DNA of 64,000 bases, taken from assembly GCF_009914755.1 (NCBI RefSeq), contig NC_060927.1; one strand, 5' to 3'. The stretch is from the human T2T-CHM13v2.0 reference genome, Homo sapiens. Below are positions 15,766 through 30,004 of this stretch, piece after piece (within the stretch, counting starts at the first letter, position 1; the number at the start of each line of letters is the position of its first letter). The translations under genes were made by a program, and so were the position numbers. The notes beneath the pieces were generated by a model, which was not told the DNA's origin, did not search any database, and saw only the letters and a program-made list of their open reading frames with translations.

Positions 15766-17154
15766 TGAAACATTTAAATGCATGCTTGGGGGTAGTGGAA
15801 GGCCCCCAGAAAGGAGGGGGAGAAGGAGAAATTTTTATTTTAAGAATTAGATGTTTTGAAAACTTGTTTACATTACGTTAAAGCTGATCCCATAATTTGG
15901 AAGCAGTATGAAATGGCAGAATAAAGAAGCTGGGATTTTGTACTTTCTAGCAAGGGAAACCCTGATATTCGCCAGTGCTTTGGGAATTGATGAGTAAGAA
16001 AGACTAAGTAACAGCCTGTCCCACAGTGATCATCTCTGCCACCCTGTGTTGTCATTTTAGATACTGTCTTTTTAGGGGCCCATTTGCACTTGGTCTTGCC
16101 CAAGGATCAAGGAAAGTATTTCTGCCACTTTCCAAAGAAGCCTTGCATAACAAATGGGTATGCGACAAAGTTTTTCGAGGGAACAGGTTCAGTTTAGGCC
16201 CCCTGGTGACAAGAAGACGTCTGTGCTGTCCTCATGAGCTATCCTCCTGCCCACCAGCCCTCTGCTTGTCCTCTCCTTTGAGTGGTTGCTCATTCTTCCC
16301 TTTCACTTGCTGCTGGAGCCACTGTGGGAGGAAAAAGAGTAGACAAGGAAAAATGCCAGGAGAAACCTTGCCTTTGTGCATGAAGCTGGTGGTGTGGGGA
16401 GTGTGTGGACTTGTTCCCCACGCTTTGCATGAAGTCTGTGTTCAAATCTAAAAACAACACACATGTGAGTTTCCAGGCCTTGGTCATTTTATCGATTTTC
16501 TGTCACCCTAACTTTCTCTCCCTCACATCACCTTGACGGGCATTTCCAGTGCAGGGTGGTGCTAGTTTAGGGAAAAAAAATAAAGAGATAGAGCTGGAGA
16601 TTGCCTGGACTGCAGAGGAAGGCAGCAGACCTGCTGTGGAGTGTGGTGATCATTGGCTCTTGCCACTGCTGGTGGCCTTAGTGGCTTCTCTTGCTTTAGA
16701 GAAGTCAGGGGTTTGAAATGTAGGGAGAGACTGTATGTGGCTTTTTCTCCTAGTTTGAGTGAAGCTACACCAGATCATTGCCTTGCTTCCACTTTTTTTT
16801 TTCATGTTTGTCTACCTATTCATTCTCATCCACCTATTCACTCAGCAAGTCTTTTGAAGAAATAAATCCATTTTGTGCCAGTCAAAGGCTGTATGGATGA
16901 TGAAGAAGGAGACACAGAATGAGACACATCTTCAGTGGAGACACATAGAGAAGAGGTGATTAGAAAACCCTGGAGGTGTAGCGAGAGCTATGCCGAGAAG
17001 AGTTGGGGGTGCCAAAGGTGCATGGAGGTGGTGAGGTGTGCTTTTTGAGGCTGGGGATTCAAGAGGGTAGACATGACTTGTAGGAGACAGGTAGGAGATG
17101 AGGGAGTGTGGAGTATGGAGAGCTTTCCAGATACCATGAACTGTGTGGGGCCTC

Positions 17155-17767
17155 TGTAAACCAAAGGTATCTGAAACAGGTCTCAGTGAATTTAGAAAGT
17201 TTATTTTGCCAAGGTTAAGGACGTGCCCATGACACAGCCTCAGAAGGTCCTGAAGACGTGCCCAAGGTAGTCGGGGCACAGCTTGGTTTTATACATTTTA
17301 GGGAGACATGAGAGATCCATCAAATATATGTAGGATGTACCTTGGTTCAGTCTGGAAAGACGGGACAACTCAAAGTGAGGAGGAGGCTTCCGGGTCATAG
17401 GTAGATGAGAGACAAACGGTTGCATTCTTTTGAATTTCTGATTAGCCTTTCACTGAATGCACAATTTACAGGAATAGTCACTTATGCCTTAGTTAGTCTA
17501 GCTTAGTGAAATAGTAAGGCCGAGGAAGCAATCAGATATCCATTTGCCTCATGTGAGCAGAGGGATGACTTTGAGTTGTGCCTGTCCCTTGTCCACAAAG
17601 AATTTCCTTGTGATAAAATTGTGAGGGATCCGTAGCTTTCTATAAATTTTTGTAGTTATCTTACTTAGGAATAGAATGGGAGGCAGGTTTGCCCAATGCA
17701 GCTCGCAGCTTAACTTTTCCCTTTGGCTTAGTGATTTTGGGGTCCTAAGATTTATTTTCCTTTCATA
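17155..17767 (-). mobile_element. Solo ERV1 LTR, MER4A-like
   Basis: Minus-strand start tatgaaaggaaaataaatcttaggaccccaaaatcactaag (MER4 5' end, TG>TA) and end ...ggtttaca. 4-bp TSD cctc at 17151-17154 / 17768-17771. Confidence 0.88.
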
Positions 17768-18919
17768 CCTCCCTTCCCAAGTTCAAGGAATGACTGGGCT
17801 TTGACAAAAGGGTAGGGAGCCCAGGGTGCCTGGAGCATGAGGGGAGGTTGGCAGGGTTCAGTTGGAGGACGTCCCTTGGGCTGTGTCCGCCTTTGCCCAG
17901 CCTTGGAAGGGGATGAACTTTAGGGTGCACGTCCCAGTGGCTTTATGGAGGGAGGACTGGACATGGCAAGGCCGGGATGACATTTGGAAGACGCCTGGGC
18001 ACTGGGGTAAGAGATGGATGTGAATTGAACTTGGCAGTCAGAATGGTTAGAGGTCAGTAGATTCCAGTGAAGTCCAGTGGGAGAACCAACCAGACCTTTT
18101 CCAGAGGATGTCTTTTGCTTTCTTCCTCTCCCTTCTCCTCCTTTTCTCTCTCCCAGCCACCCTGATGTGTTGGTTATGTAGGAAAGTACAGCTGGACTTG
18201 TTGCTTTCTCATTTCTCACCCTTGGCTTCCATCACATAGACCCAGGTCTGTTGGAGAAGGAAACTTACTAACCTAAGATGAATGAGTTTGGCCACAAGGA
18301 GTTCTGCATTTCCCAGGATAACATTTGTCTTTATTTTAAATCATCAAAACAGCATTTAAGTGAGAACAGGGATCCGTGCTCGCTTTTATTCACTGTGTTT
18401 TCCAATTGCTCACATTATCCTCTAATAACGGGATGTGTACACGATATGATATAGAGGCCACTGGGCTGCAGAGTAGTCATTAGCTTTCCCTCAAAAATAA
18501 AAAGAGAGGCTGCCGTTTGAATAATGATCCCTGGCTGTTTTCTTTGTACACGGGCCATTTCCTTAATTAGGTTTCAAGCTTCATCTCTCTTGTTTTTAGC
18601 TAAAAAGCCAACTGAGAGAAGGAGACAAATTGTGTTGTGGGGAAAAAGGAGAGAAATGTGTTCCATGCGAAGTAAGGGGCAAATGAATAAAACGGGAGAT
18701 TAGTGGACACCCTGATGTTCAAGCTGAGTTTGGCAGAGCTGGGCTTGTGTCTGGGATGAACTCAGCGTCTTTGGAGGTCAGGGGGACCTTTCTGCATACC
18801 TCAGGGAATACCTCCTCCACTTCCTACCTAGCGCTTTTGATCCAGGTCTCAGAATTTGTCTCTAGGGTCACCTTTCCCTTCACTTTACCTTGAAATGACC
18901 TTGGCAGTGTATCTTTTAA

Positions 18920-19170
18920 ACATGCACTGTTAGGAGTCAGACAGCCTGGATTTAAATCTTTCCCTTCTACAAGCCAGCTCTGTGACCTTGGGCAAAGCCT
19001 GCCATTCCCTGTAGCCCCAGGTTGTGCTTTGGTAAAATGGAACTGATAATAGTAGCTACTTCACAGGGTTGTTGTAGGACTAAACTACTAAACTACTTTG
19101 TTTTTACGTGAAGGGCTTGGGACAGTTCATGGGTCAGGGTGAATGCTCACTTAAGCCTAGGGCTGCTGCA
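18920..19170 (+). mobile_element. MIR
   Basis: ggagtcagacagcctggatttaaatc...ctctgtgaccttgggcaa...taaaatggaactgataatag. Confidence 0.7.
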
Positions 19171-19705
19171 GCTGCTGTGGCTATTATCCTTATTATTATT
19201 ATTAGCCCCTGAAGGAGAGTCCTGGTGGGGGGTGTAGGACAGATGCAGGATTGTTACTTCATAACCCAACTCTCAGTTAGGAAAAGCGAGTCGGCATGCA
19301 GGGGCCATAAATTACAGAGAACATTGACAACCTCGTTTATATTTTCCCAGAATGCTATGTTTTCTCACCTGTTTTTAACTTCTGAGCTCCCTGAGATCCT
19401 GGAGATGGTTCCTGTTTTGAGTTTGCTGAATATGGTGGCAAGTAACTTTGAATTTGGACTGAGACCTTGGTTCATAACCTGTTCCATCTTCTCAAATCAG
19501 GGTGCTTTGTGTTTTAATGTTGGTTCCCCTCTCCCCGCCACCAAAAAAAAAAAAAAAAAGAGTGAAGAAATGGTAACACCACTAAGAAGCTTTCCTGACC
19601 TCCCTAGGCAGGAATTCTTCCTCACTCTCTCAGTGAGTCTCCCCTTACCCCCATTTCTAGCTGCCTGGTGCATGGGGGCTATGGAGATGAAACCCACAAT
19701 CTTTC

Positions 19706-19868
19706 CTTTTAAACTCAAATTGTGGTCCATGGACCACTAGCATTAGTATCACACAGAAGTTGTTAGAAATGCCAAATCCCCAACACCACCCCAGATCTGG
19801 ATCAGAATCCAAATTTTAACAAAGCACCTCGGGAGATTCATATGCATATTAAAACATGCCAAACTCTA
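19706..19868. mobile_element. MER5A-like hAT-Charlie relic
   Basis: ctcaaattgtggtccatggaccactagcattagtatcac...gttagaaatgc...atcagaatc...ttttaacaa...gattcatatgca. Confidence 0.7.
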
Positions 19869-20346
19869 GGATATCTCACTCCCATTGGGAAGATGAATGA
19901 GCGTAAGCCAAAGAGTATATACCAGTGTGGTAGACCAAAGTGTCGCCCCAGGGAATGTAGGGACTTCTTACAGGCAGTGGCCCTTGATCTGGGTATTGAT
20001 GGATGAGTGGGAGTTGGCTAGGAAGAGGGGAGAGTGAGGGCAAATAGAAAGACGGACCTCTACACGAAAGAATTGGAGGTACAAAGCCAGTGGTGGCAAA
20101 ATAATGTGACCTGCTTTTACTTTTCTCAACTTGGTATTTATGGCTTCCAGGATCCTTTCTAGCACTCACACAAGGCATGTGCCGGGTTACGAGAAATAAT
20201 TTTGAACAATGCAGCAGTGTTTTGTTTCTAAAATTCTTACATGTGAACTTCAGATTCATAAAACCGACAGACGAGAGTTATTAGTACTTTGCAGTGAGTT
20301 TACTCAACTTTCAGATTAATTCCTTAGGATTAAGAAGGAAGGAGTA

Positions 20347-20770
20347 GGCCGGGCGCAGTGGCTCATGCCTGTAATCCCAGCATTTTGGGAGGCCGAAGTG
20401 GGTGGATCACTTGAGCCTAGAAGTTCAAGAGCAACCTGGGTAACATGGCAAAACCTTGTCTCTATAAAAAAGTACAACAATTAGCCAGGTGCGGTGGTGC
20501 ATACCTGTAGTCCCAGCTATAGCTACTCAGGAGGCTGAGGTGGGGGGAATTACCCAAGCCTGGGAAGATTGAGGCTGCAGTGAGCCGTGATCATGCCACT
20601 GCACTCTGGCCTAGAAGGAAAGTGGAGGCCAGGTGGCTCCAGAAGGCAGTGGCTCAAACCTGCTACTCAGGAGATTAGTTGGGAGGATTGCTTGAATCCA
20701 GGATGTCGAGGCTGCAGTGAGCTGATTACACCACTGCACTCCAGCCTGAGCAACAGAGCAAGACTCTGTT

Positions 20771-20804
<34 letters not shown>

Positions 20805-20810
20805 GAAGAA
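20347..20810 (+). mobile_element. AluJ plus a rearranged extra right-arm segment with one poly(A) tail
   Basis: The AluJ dimer 20347-20612 breaks off at gcactctggcct. A second partial monomer spans 20627-20773, followed by the A-tail. Confidence 0.85.
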
Positions 20811-22562
20811 AGAGGAAAGAGTATGGATGGGCTTTGAAATCTTCCATTTGGGTCTGGATCCACAGTCTGCCATTTGCAAGAAGAAATGTGGGCCAGTTCG
20901 TAGCCTCTGCAGTCTGTAAGTTTTAATTTGTGAGATGTACCTTTTGATACCTCACTGGCTTGTTGTGAGAACTTGGTTGGTTTGTAGTGGGAGTCATGAA
21001 ATTCATGCGTCTTTACCTTCAGATGTGTGGTTCCATTATTAAAAAAAAAAAAAACCAGTGCTTTATAGCCTAACTGAAACATAGCAGAGGCAGGGAGGAG
21101 GGTACAGGGCCCCACACCACACTCCTGGTCCAGGACTGTGTACCGTGGCACTGCAGCTCCTCAGAGAGTCCCAGTCCCGCTCCGCTAGCCTAGCCACTCT
21201 CTCTTCTGTTGGCAAGGGGAGTGTTTGCGCAAGTCTGGGTGCTTCCTCAGCTGAAACATTTTCAAAGTTAATTTTCACTTTCGGTGTTTGGCTGATGTTC
21301 CAGTCTTTTCCTTTTTCTCTGGTTAACCTTTTGTAGCCCATCACTTGTGTTTTATGAAAGATGAATGGATTAAAGGAAGCGTAATGGTAACAAGGAAATG
21401 GAATAGCTAGAAAAGCATTCAATTAACGAGAGAGCCCACGGAACACAAAATGAATGCAAGAAAAGACAGATAAATTCAGGGCTCCTTTATTAACTAGAAT
21501 TCACCTTGAATTCAGAAAAGGGAACTTTTTCAGTAAAGGATTAGTGACAAGATTTGAAAAGCGTCCCCCGGGGAAAAGGATTAACAAAAGGAGACATTAT
21601 AGAATGAAATAGAAGTGAATTAACACATCGATTTTCTGTAAGGGTTAGGAGACACAAGATTTATTTGGAAGATAAATATTTGGTAATTGAAACCTGTAAG
21701 CGTTTTGTTGCTGGTTTTTACCCAGTGAATCTGTGCCTGTGTAGTGAAAACCTTATGGCTGATGAACGTGGGATGGTGTAGACCCCCTAACAATGCTGTC
21801 CGACCTCCTTCTCTCTCAGCATTTGCTGCTCGGATGTATTTTTCCGCTTCTTTAGTAATTCAAAGGATTTTCTCTCCGATCAAAGAGGTTAGTTTAAAAG
21901 TTAAATGAGAATATGGGACCAGAAGATAAAATCATTATTTTTAAACAGGGGAAGTTCTTTCTTTTAATAAGGACTTCTATTAGATATTTGTTTAACTTTT
22001 TAGCTTCCTGTGCTTCAATTGAGTTCCATGAAAGCATTTTTGTTGTCTACAGAGGAGTGTTTTGGGACTTGTCTTGTTGGTTGACAGCAGCAGTTTACCT
22101 GATGGGGGTTTCATAGGATGTGATGCCCTGTCACCAGGTGATGGACTTGATGTAGGAAGTGCCACCAGCAGTCTCTGCCACGTGGCATATTCTCCCAAAT
22201 GGCCCTTGCCATTCCAGAGGATGTTGGGTTGCATTGTCTGACTCATTAATTTACAAAGGATTATTTATTTTCTAATGCTCTATAGCTTCTTCGCCTTCAG
22301 GATGTGGGCTGTGCTGCTGAACGGAGAGGGGTAGAGCTTGTAAGCCCGTGACTTAATTCTAATCCGGTCCATTGTTCATCTTCATTCATGCCTTTTCTCC
22401 CTGTTTCCTTCTGTTAATATGGGAAATTGATATCTGATTATATATTTGGCTTTTGACTATGCTGCTTTCTGAGTATAAGTATGACCAATAATGTCATTGT
22501 CACCAATTCTGATTTTGGATGATCAGTTGGGTCAGTGGGGTCTTTTTAAAGTAACTTAACCA

Positions 22563-23301
22563 TGCTGGGTGTGGTGGCTAACATCTGTAATCCAAGCACT
22601 TTGGAAGACTGAGGTAGGAGGATCACTTGAGGCCACACGTTCAAGACCAGCCTGGGCAACAAAGCGAGACTCCATTTCTACCAAAAATTTGTTTTAAAAA
22701 ATTAGCTGGGCATGGTGGTGTGCACCCATAGTCCCAGCTACTCAGGAGGTTGAGACCAGATGATCATTTGAGCCCAGGAGTTTGAGGTTGCAGTGAGCTG
22801 TTATTGTACCACTACACTCTAGCCTTAGTGGCAGAGTGAGAACTGTGTCCCTTTAAAAAAAAAAAAAGAAAAAATAAAGGATAAGTTAAGCCTGGGCGAC
22901 ATAGTGAGATCTTGTCTCTATCAAAAGAACAAATAAATTAGCCAGGCTTGGTGGTGCAGATGTGTAGTCCCAGCTACTGAGGAGGCTGAGGCAGGAGGCC
23001 CACTTGAGCCCAGGAGTTTGATGTTACAGTGAGTTATGACTGAGCCACTGCACTTCAGCTTGGGCAACAGAGCGAGATCCTGTCTCAAAACAAACAAACA
23101 ACAACAACAACAAACAAACAAACAAAAGACAGAAAAAAAAAAAAGAGGCCGGGGATGGCGGCTCACACCTGTAGTCCCAGCACTTTGGGAGGCCAAGGCA
23201 GGCGGATCACTTGAGCTGAGGAGTTTGAGATGGCAATGACCTATGATCATGACACTGAACTCCAACCTGGGTGACAAAATGAGACCCTGTCTCAAAAAAA
23301 A
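22563..23301 (+). mobile_element. Three head-to-tail AluJ-type elements (full, 5'-truncated, monomer)
   Basis: 22563-22877 is a full dimer. 22890-23143 starts in the left arm and has a (CAA/CAAA)n tail. 23147-23301 is a FRAM/FAM-like monomer. Confidence 0.87.
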
Positions 23302-25861
23302 TAAGTACAATAAATTACAATTATTTACATTCAGAGATAGGAAAAAGAAAAAGGAAACATATTTAATACACACCTATATAATAATTTTAGTAGGAAATCA
23401 TTTAATATTATGAAAGTTGCAATTACTAGTTGGAGTTTCCAAAGAAAATGTAGTTATCCTACCTATTGAAATAGTCCATGATTTCCCGTACTGGTTCCAC
23501 TTTTCCTTGTTCCCAGATTTTATCCTACCCCATGAAACACAGCAGGCACATGTGCACACATGGGCGCACACACACACATAACAAACACTTGTCCCAGATT
23601 TCTCTGGGAGGGAGGAGGAAGAGAGTAGATGATTCCCTTGAAACTATGTTGATTTTAGATTTACCGATGTTTGGAAAAGTGACACCTATGACTCAGGCAG
23701 ATACATGTCTCCCACCTGACCATTGTTTAAGATACCTTATGTAGATCTGATGTACATTATAGAATATATAATTCAAGAGAGGGAAAATAAAGTACTTCTC
23801 TGAAATTGAACTACAAAAGCCTGTCAAACAATTATACAGGAAACTTTAAACAGTTCTTGCCTCACGTTGTTACTTTTCTGATTCCTGATCTAGCATCTGT
23901 AAGTTAGCATTGGTGTGTAACAGCACCAAGCTGAGATGTGCTGAAAACCCTGAGTATTGCATTCAATTTTATACCAAAGCTAGGTCCTTTAGCGACACAT
24001 TCTCCTCTCACTGGTAAAATCTTTCAGTCAAGGCTTCTTGCCTTACAATTTCTCCACCGGAATAATTCCAGCATCTCTCAGGTACAGTAAAATGGATGTG
24101 TGGCCTCTAGGATTGTTAAGTCTCTGTGTGGCTGCTAAGGATTGAAGATGTGGAAGTGGTTGGTGTAGCTCAGGGGTCTGTATTTAAAATACCCTTTGTT
24201 TGTGGAGGGGACTTACCATCTTACCATTCAGGTATTTGGAAGGTGGTGTTTTTCAGGTGAATGAGTTACAGTAGAGCTTCCAGGGAAAAATTCGGCAAGG
24301 TCCCAAGTATAAGATGGAAAGAGCGCTTGGTGGATCCTCTTCTAATTCTTGATCTCGAGTTTGGTCTTCCAGGCTGTTTGCTGAAAGCATCACTGCAGCT
24401 GAGCGTGCACTCTTTCTCCACATACTCTCACCTCCTCATTGCCTGTGAATAATTTTAAACACTGAAAATGAGACTGCCTTTCCCAAAGTCTGATGAGGAA
24501 ACCATGCCCATGTCCCAGTGAGCTTCAAGATGGGTTGACATTTACTGCTTATCCCTGTGACCTCACCCTCTCCTGTCTGTCCACTCCTCCTTCATCTGTT
24601 TCTCTCTTCTTCCTCCTCCATCCGGTTGTACACGGAGGCATCTGCTTGGGGCTTTGGTCCCGGGACCTGTGATCTCTCCTCCCTGCTCTCATCTCCTCTT
24701 TCTGCCTCTTGCCCTCTGTTATTGAGGGTGATCTTATTCATCTTCATGCTGCTTTTACTCCAGGATCCTCCGAGTGTAAGGTGTGGGCACATGACATTTT
24801 CCATGCCTGGGAGTCTCTTGTCTCTGGTCTTTCCCTCTCCTGTGACCTCATCCTTTCCGTTGTGGTAACAGCAGATCCTCAGAGAGGCCTTTGCTCTCCA
24901 TCTAACTTCATTTTTGTTAGACTCACAGGACTTGATGCTATTTGTCATGGTGTATAATGACATGTGTGTTCTGTGCTTTTATTTGGTTGACATCTCCCCA
25001 GTAGATTCTAAGCTCTGGGTGGATGGAGAGCACATTGCTTTTCTTCTCTGGAGTAGTCCTACCACTCAGCATAGTATCTGGCACATAGTAGGTATTTAGG
25101 AATTATTTATTGAGTAAGACATCAGTGGTTGACTTGATTCTATAGTCTTTTCTGACAGTGTCAGGGCATTGTTGAAAGCGAAAATTTTCTTCTAATTGTA
25201 TTTAATTTCCTGATGGAAATTGTTTTGTTGGTTTGTTTACTAAGAAGAAATTAATTCAGCAGAGTTTCTTGTTTGACTGGACGAGTGCATATATCAAGTC
25301 TCTCACTGGAGCCATTTTCAAAAGCCTATTTTTTCCAGCAGAGTATGTTTGCACATATGCACTGTGCTATGAAATGTATGACTGGAGTCTGTGAGTTTGG
25401 TGGCCTTTCTGAAGTTTCAAAGCATGATACCTCACCCAGGGTGTTAACTCTGCAAGCCTCAGTTTTCTCATCTCTCAGGAGTTGTGCCTGTCTCAGGAGC
25501 CGTTGTGAGAAGGCTATGATGCGTGAAAACACTTAGGGGAGACATGGCTCACGGGACATGCCCAGCTGTTATTAGCTGCTATCTTGATCGATTAGAAGAT
25601 GGATTTGGTGTGCATCTGCTGTCAGCCTCATCAGTGACTTTTTTTCTGTTTTTTGTTTTTTTTTTTTTTTTTTTTTTTCTATTGCTCAGTGCTGCTCAGC
25701 GGGAGGGATTGCCTTGTGGGGCTGCAAGAACCTCTCCATGGAAGAGTCCAGGGGCCACTCTTTGAGATGCCTGGGACAGAATTTCAGCTACTGGAGGGAC
25801 ACTGGGTTTGAGTCATCAGGGTTTGTGTTATATGCATTCAGTATAAAATGATTCTCTAACC

Positions 25862-26082
25862 CAGTTTTTCTCAACCTCTGGACTCTTGACATGTTTGGTC
25901 AGATAATCCTTTGTGGCGGGGCCTGCTCTGTACTTTGCAGGATGTTTAGCAGCATCTCTGACCTCTGTCCACTGGATTCAGTAGCAACTCCCTTTCTTCC
26001 CCCGAGTTGTGAAAGCCAAGATTGTCTGCAGACACTGCCAAGAGTCCCTGCAGGACAGAATGGTCCCTGGTTGAGGCCTGTT
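25862..26082. mobile_element. MER20 DNA transposon relic
   Basis: cagtttttctcaacct...gataatcctttgtggcggggcctg...aggatgtttagcagcatc...cagacactgcca...ctggttgag. Confidence 0.8.
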
Positions 26083-27537
26083 GCTTCAAATGAGCCTCCC
26101 CTCTTCCTGGAGAAGCCTATTGTTTTATTGTCTTCACTACACCCACCCCATGGGTCTCAGTGTGTTTGTATGAGGGCCCCTGGGTTGTCAGAGCCTTGCA
26201 AGTCCCTGTTTGTATTTTGGTGAGCTGAAGGATGAGCTATTTTGTTCTTAAGCTTCCTAGGGAAATAAATTGAAAATAGATCCCTTTGGCATGTATAGGA
26301 TGACCTCACTTTGATTGTAAAAAAACAATTACATTTATAATCTTACATTTAAAAAAAGATCTGTAAAGATATAAATTGAGGAGTAAACTGTGATATTTGG
26401 GAGAATGAGGATTAACATTTTTCCCCCTTCTATTTGATTACATCTACCATCTGATTGTTTTCCCTACAGTGAGTACATTTTGCTTTAATAAGAAGAAAAA
26501 AGTCTCGTTTTACCTTCCAATGTCTTAGGAGAGTTATTAGGGAGGTCAGGACATGGGCTATCGAATGAGCCTGCCTGGATTTGAATCACATCCTTACTTT
26601 TCTATTTTTCTCCATTTTAGGTTTTATGTTTCCTAATTTAAAAGCTATGTCACAAAGCAAATTTAGAAAACTGGAAAAAGTCATCCAAAATTCTGCCACC
26701 ATACCCAGGCACGATTGGAATTTTGTTGTGGTTCCTCCGAGCATCTTTTGCTCTTTTTTTTTTTAAACATGGCTTTAATTATAAACACAACACACTTGTA
26801 TAATTTGCATCTGTATTTAGCATTATTTCATGAGCAGATTTCTGTGACAGTACACAGTTGCATAGACATTGATTAAAATATTTATTTTGGCATAGTAACG
26901 TAGCAGCTGTGGACAAAGGCCAGGCTTGTTCGATGGGTTGTTTAATTCATGTCTTGAACATAAACGTGAGTCAGTTACACTCCTCTTTGCACATTATGAG
27001 ACAAGACAGTTATTATATTTTTATAACAGTGATTACTAAATTTCTTTGAACTTGACACTTTATGTATTTTTAATCACACAAATAATACATGAACCTATGT
27101 TCTTTGTGAAGAATTTTAATAACCTAGTGGTACATAGGGAAAAAATTATAGTTCCCATTAATTCTACCCTGTGACCCTGGCCTGAAATAAAATTGCTTCC
27201 AGTTTAGTGTTTACCTTTCCTCAGTCCATTTGAGAAATCATCATTTATTGGCAGAACAGCCAGAGAAACTCATGCACTATAATTTATACTTAGAGAACAG
27301 AACTGTCTAGTGGCATTGTTTCAGGAAATGTCCAAAATTTTATGTATATGTTTAAAGTACAGAAACCTTAAATCACATGATGAATGTACGCTAATGATCA
27401 GACAGTACACAGGATGACTTAGTGACATAGACCAGCATTTGCCCATAGGCATTGCCTGTCCTGACACTGTGTAGGAAGCAGTGGCAGATCACCATTCACA
27501 CACTGAAGGACTTTTTCCAGGACTTCTTGGAAGTGCA

Positions 27538-28005
27538 CAGAGGTGCTGAACCTGTATCTACAGTCTTGGGAGAATTCAGGAGACTATAAATATAGATGAG
27601 AAAAAAATGACATCTTTTACTTTCACTAACCTCTAACCAAAACATATGACTTTCTTAACTTACAAATGTAGATGACAAGCCACAGCAGTGCCTGTGACTT
27701 TGTCATCAACAGAAATCACAGATCTTTTCCTGTGATGTCATGGTTGATGTGGATATCTCCTTGCTGTTGCTCATCCTGGACACTGACGATAATGACTCTA
27801 GACTCACCACTAGATCTCATTGTTTAATGCACCCATGAAGAAACACCTGTGTTTCTGCTTCACAAATTTATGTTTTAAACAGTTTTGAAAACTGAGTTTT
27901 AATATAATCAGTTTCTTTCCTCTGTGTCTTCTTTTTTTGCATTGAAAAAAGTCATTCTGAGGAGGGGTCCATGGGCTTCATTGGATACCAGAGTACCTGT
28001 GGTCT
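27538..28005. mobile_element. hAT-Charlie DNA transposon relic (Charlie4a-like)
   Basis: ttcactaacctctaa...cctgtgactttgtcatcaacagaaatcacagat...attctgaggaggggtccatgggcttca. Confidence 0.65.
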
Positions 28006-28734
28006 GCTGCACCCCCCAACCCGAAGCTCCAAAAATCCCCATTAAAGGCACATTACAGCATAATAATCAGGAAGATGTGGATGAATTGATCAATTTCCTT
28101 ATATTTTCCTAAACAGATGTTAGGAGAAAAAAATATTGGTAGCATTGTCATTTTATGTGTGTGTATATGAGAGAGAGAGAGAGAAGTATTAGTTACATTT
28201 CTTAGTATTCTAGGATTCTTCAGACCACCATAGAAATGTCCTTATCTTGAGAATAATGTGTGGACTTCTATTAACTTCCTCAACTCCAGGTTTCTATTTC
28301 CATGACTACCAACCTAAAATGTGTGAGGAATCAAGTGCTTTTGGTCACACTTGGGGTCTGTAGGGAAAAGCAGCTTTGAGTTCTGAGCCCTTGCATGGCC
28401 AAGGAACTGTGAGTGGTGAGAAGGACCATGGCTCTGCTTCAGCTGGCTGGGATCTTGGTGAGCCAGGTGGGCATCTGTCCCTTATTGGCCCTGGCTGGCC
28501 GCTGCCCTCTCAGGGCCTCAGGCTCATCCTCACACCTCACGAGGGAGATCGTGGCAGTGCCTGATTGGAGGCTGAGTGTGTGGTGCCTGGAAGCAGCCTG
28601 GTTGCTGCCCAGCACATCAGTGGTTTCTGGGAGATGCCAGGCTATGTTACTGTGTGTGTTAATTTCCTCAAGAGAAGGAAGATATTTAGAGACATTTTGT
28701 ACTAAGCCCCAGCATGTTCAAAGAACTGGACTCA

Positions 28735-28940
28735 GTGGGAGATTTCATATAAAAACACAGATTTCTGGCTTCTCATCACAAACAGAAGATCGGGTAGCTG
28801 CCGCATGCCCCCCGCCCTGCCGACACAAAGATCAAAGAAACCAAGAAGTGGCTGACTTCTTAGGATGGGATGGAAGCTCTGCCGTCTGATGCCGACTCCA
28901 GACTGGCTCATTTCTCTCACCTGATATGACCTGTCTGGCT
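28735..28940. mobile_element. MER102-like hAT relic (a second copy lies near 52960-53235)
   Basis: atttcatataaaaacacagatttctggcttctc...gaagatc. The related taaaatatccagattt...ttgagtttgcaacccctg occurs at 53057-53233. Confidence 0.5.
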
Positions 28941-30004
28941 TCTGGAGGCATTTGAGTTAGTGGTGTCTGAAATGGATTATTTCTGGGTTCTTTTGTATTT
29001 GAACACCCTGATTTTAAAGATGTTGGGAGAAAGTGCTGGTGCTGGGCTTGGTGAAATATGTCAGAAAAATCATTTGATTCTGAAGTTGGTGACGCTGAAA
29101 TTTTTAGAGGGTAAAGATGATGTCTTCGCATCTCAGCGTAGGGATGGCTCTGATGTATAAGAATACCCTCATTTTTAGTACTGTTTATGGTGATGCAAAT
29201 TGGAAGGTCACCTGCTGCAATCTCCTGGAGGACCCGTGGGCTGCTGTGGGCAAATGGGAGGCAATGAGATGTTTCCATAAAGGATGCTGATGCTGTGGGT
29301 CATTTTTCTTAGCCTCTGATATTGGCAGTAGGGAATTATATGTCAGCGTCTCCCCACCTTTTCACAGAGGAAGCTTCCCAACATGGGAAGGAAGACTCAG
29401 CCATTGCCTCTTCCCCAATGAAAAGCTAGGGTCCAGCTGTGCCATAAACCAGCGTCTCTTTACTCAATTTGGAGGTGAAAGAGTTAAAGAATCATTCAGA
29501 TGCAGGTTCCTAACTCTCATTCTGGCTTTTGGCCCTGTAACTACAGAAACCACTTGAGCAGCTGCAAATAGTATTAGCTTTAAGCTTGTTAGGGATCTTG
29601 CAGACTCATTCATTGATGGCCTTCGATTTCCAGGACATCTTGGATATAGAATTTAAAAGACTTTAGTTAAGCCAATTAACTTTTGTGGCGCCTGGGCAAC
29701 TAATATCGTGTGCTAGAGAAGGTCATTGATGTTATTCAAATAGCAGTTTTATTTGAGCTGGGATTAAGGAAGTCAGACAAAAGGTCTAAGAATTGTTTAT
29801 AATGTATTCCTTTCTGTGTTGCAGTATCTTGGCCTTTAACATCTGATTCTGACCATAATTACACATACAAGTGCTTGGTTATGTTATTCTTTCTGTAGAT
29901 TGTGGCTTGATTGCACCAGCTCTCAACTATCCATCTTGCAGATTGTTCCCAGCCAAGTTTTAATCTGAGGTTTCATCTGGTTGTGGTTTATCAAGCTTTT
30001 AAAC

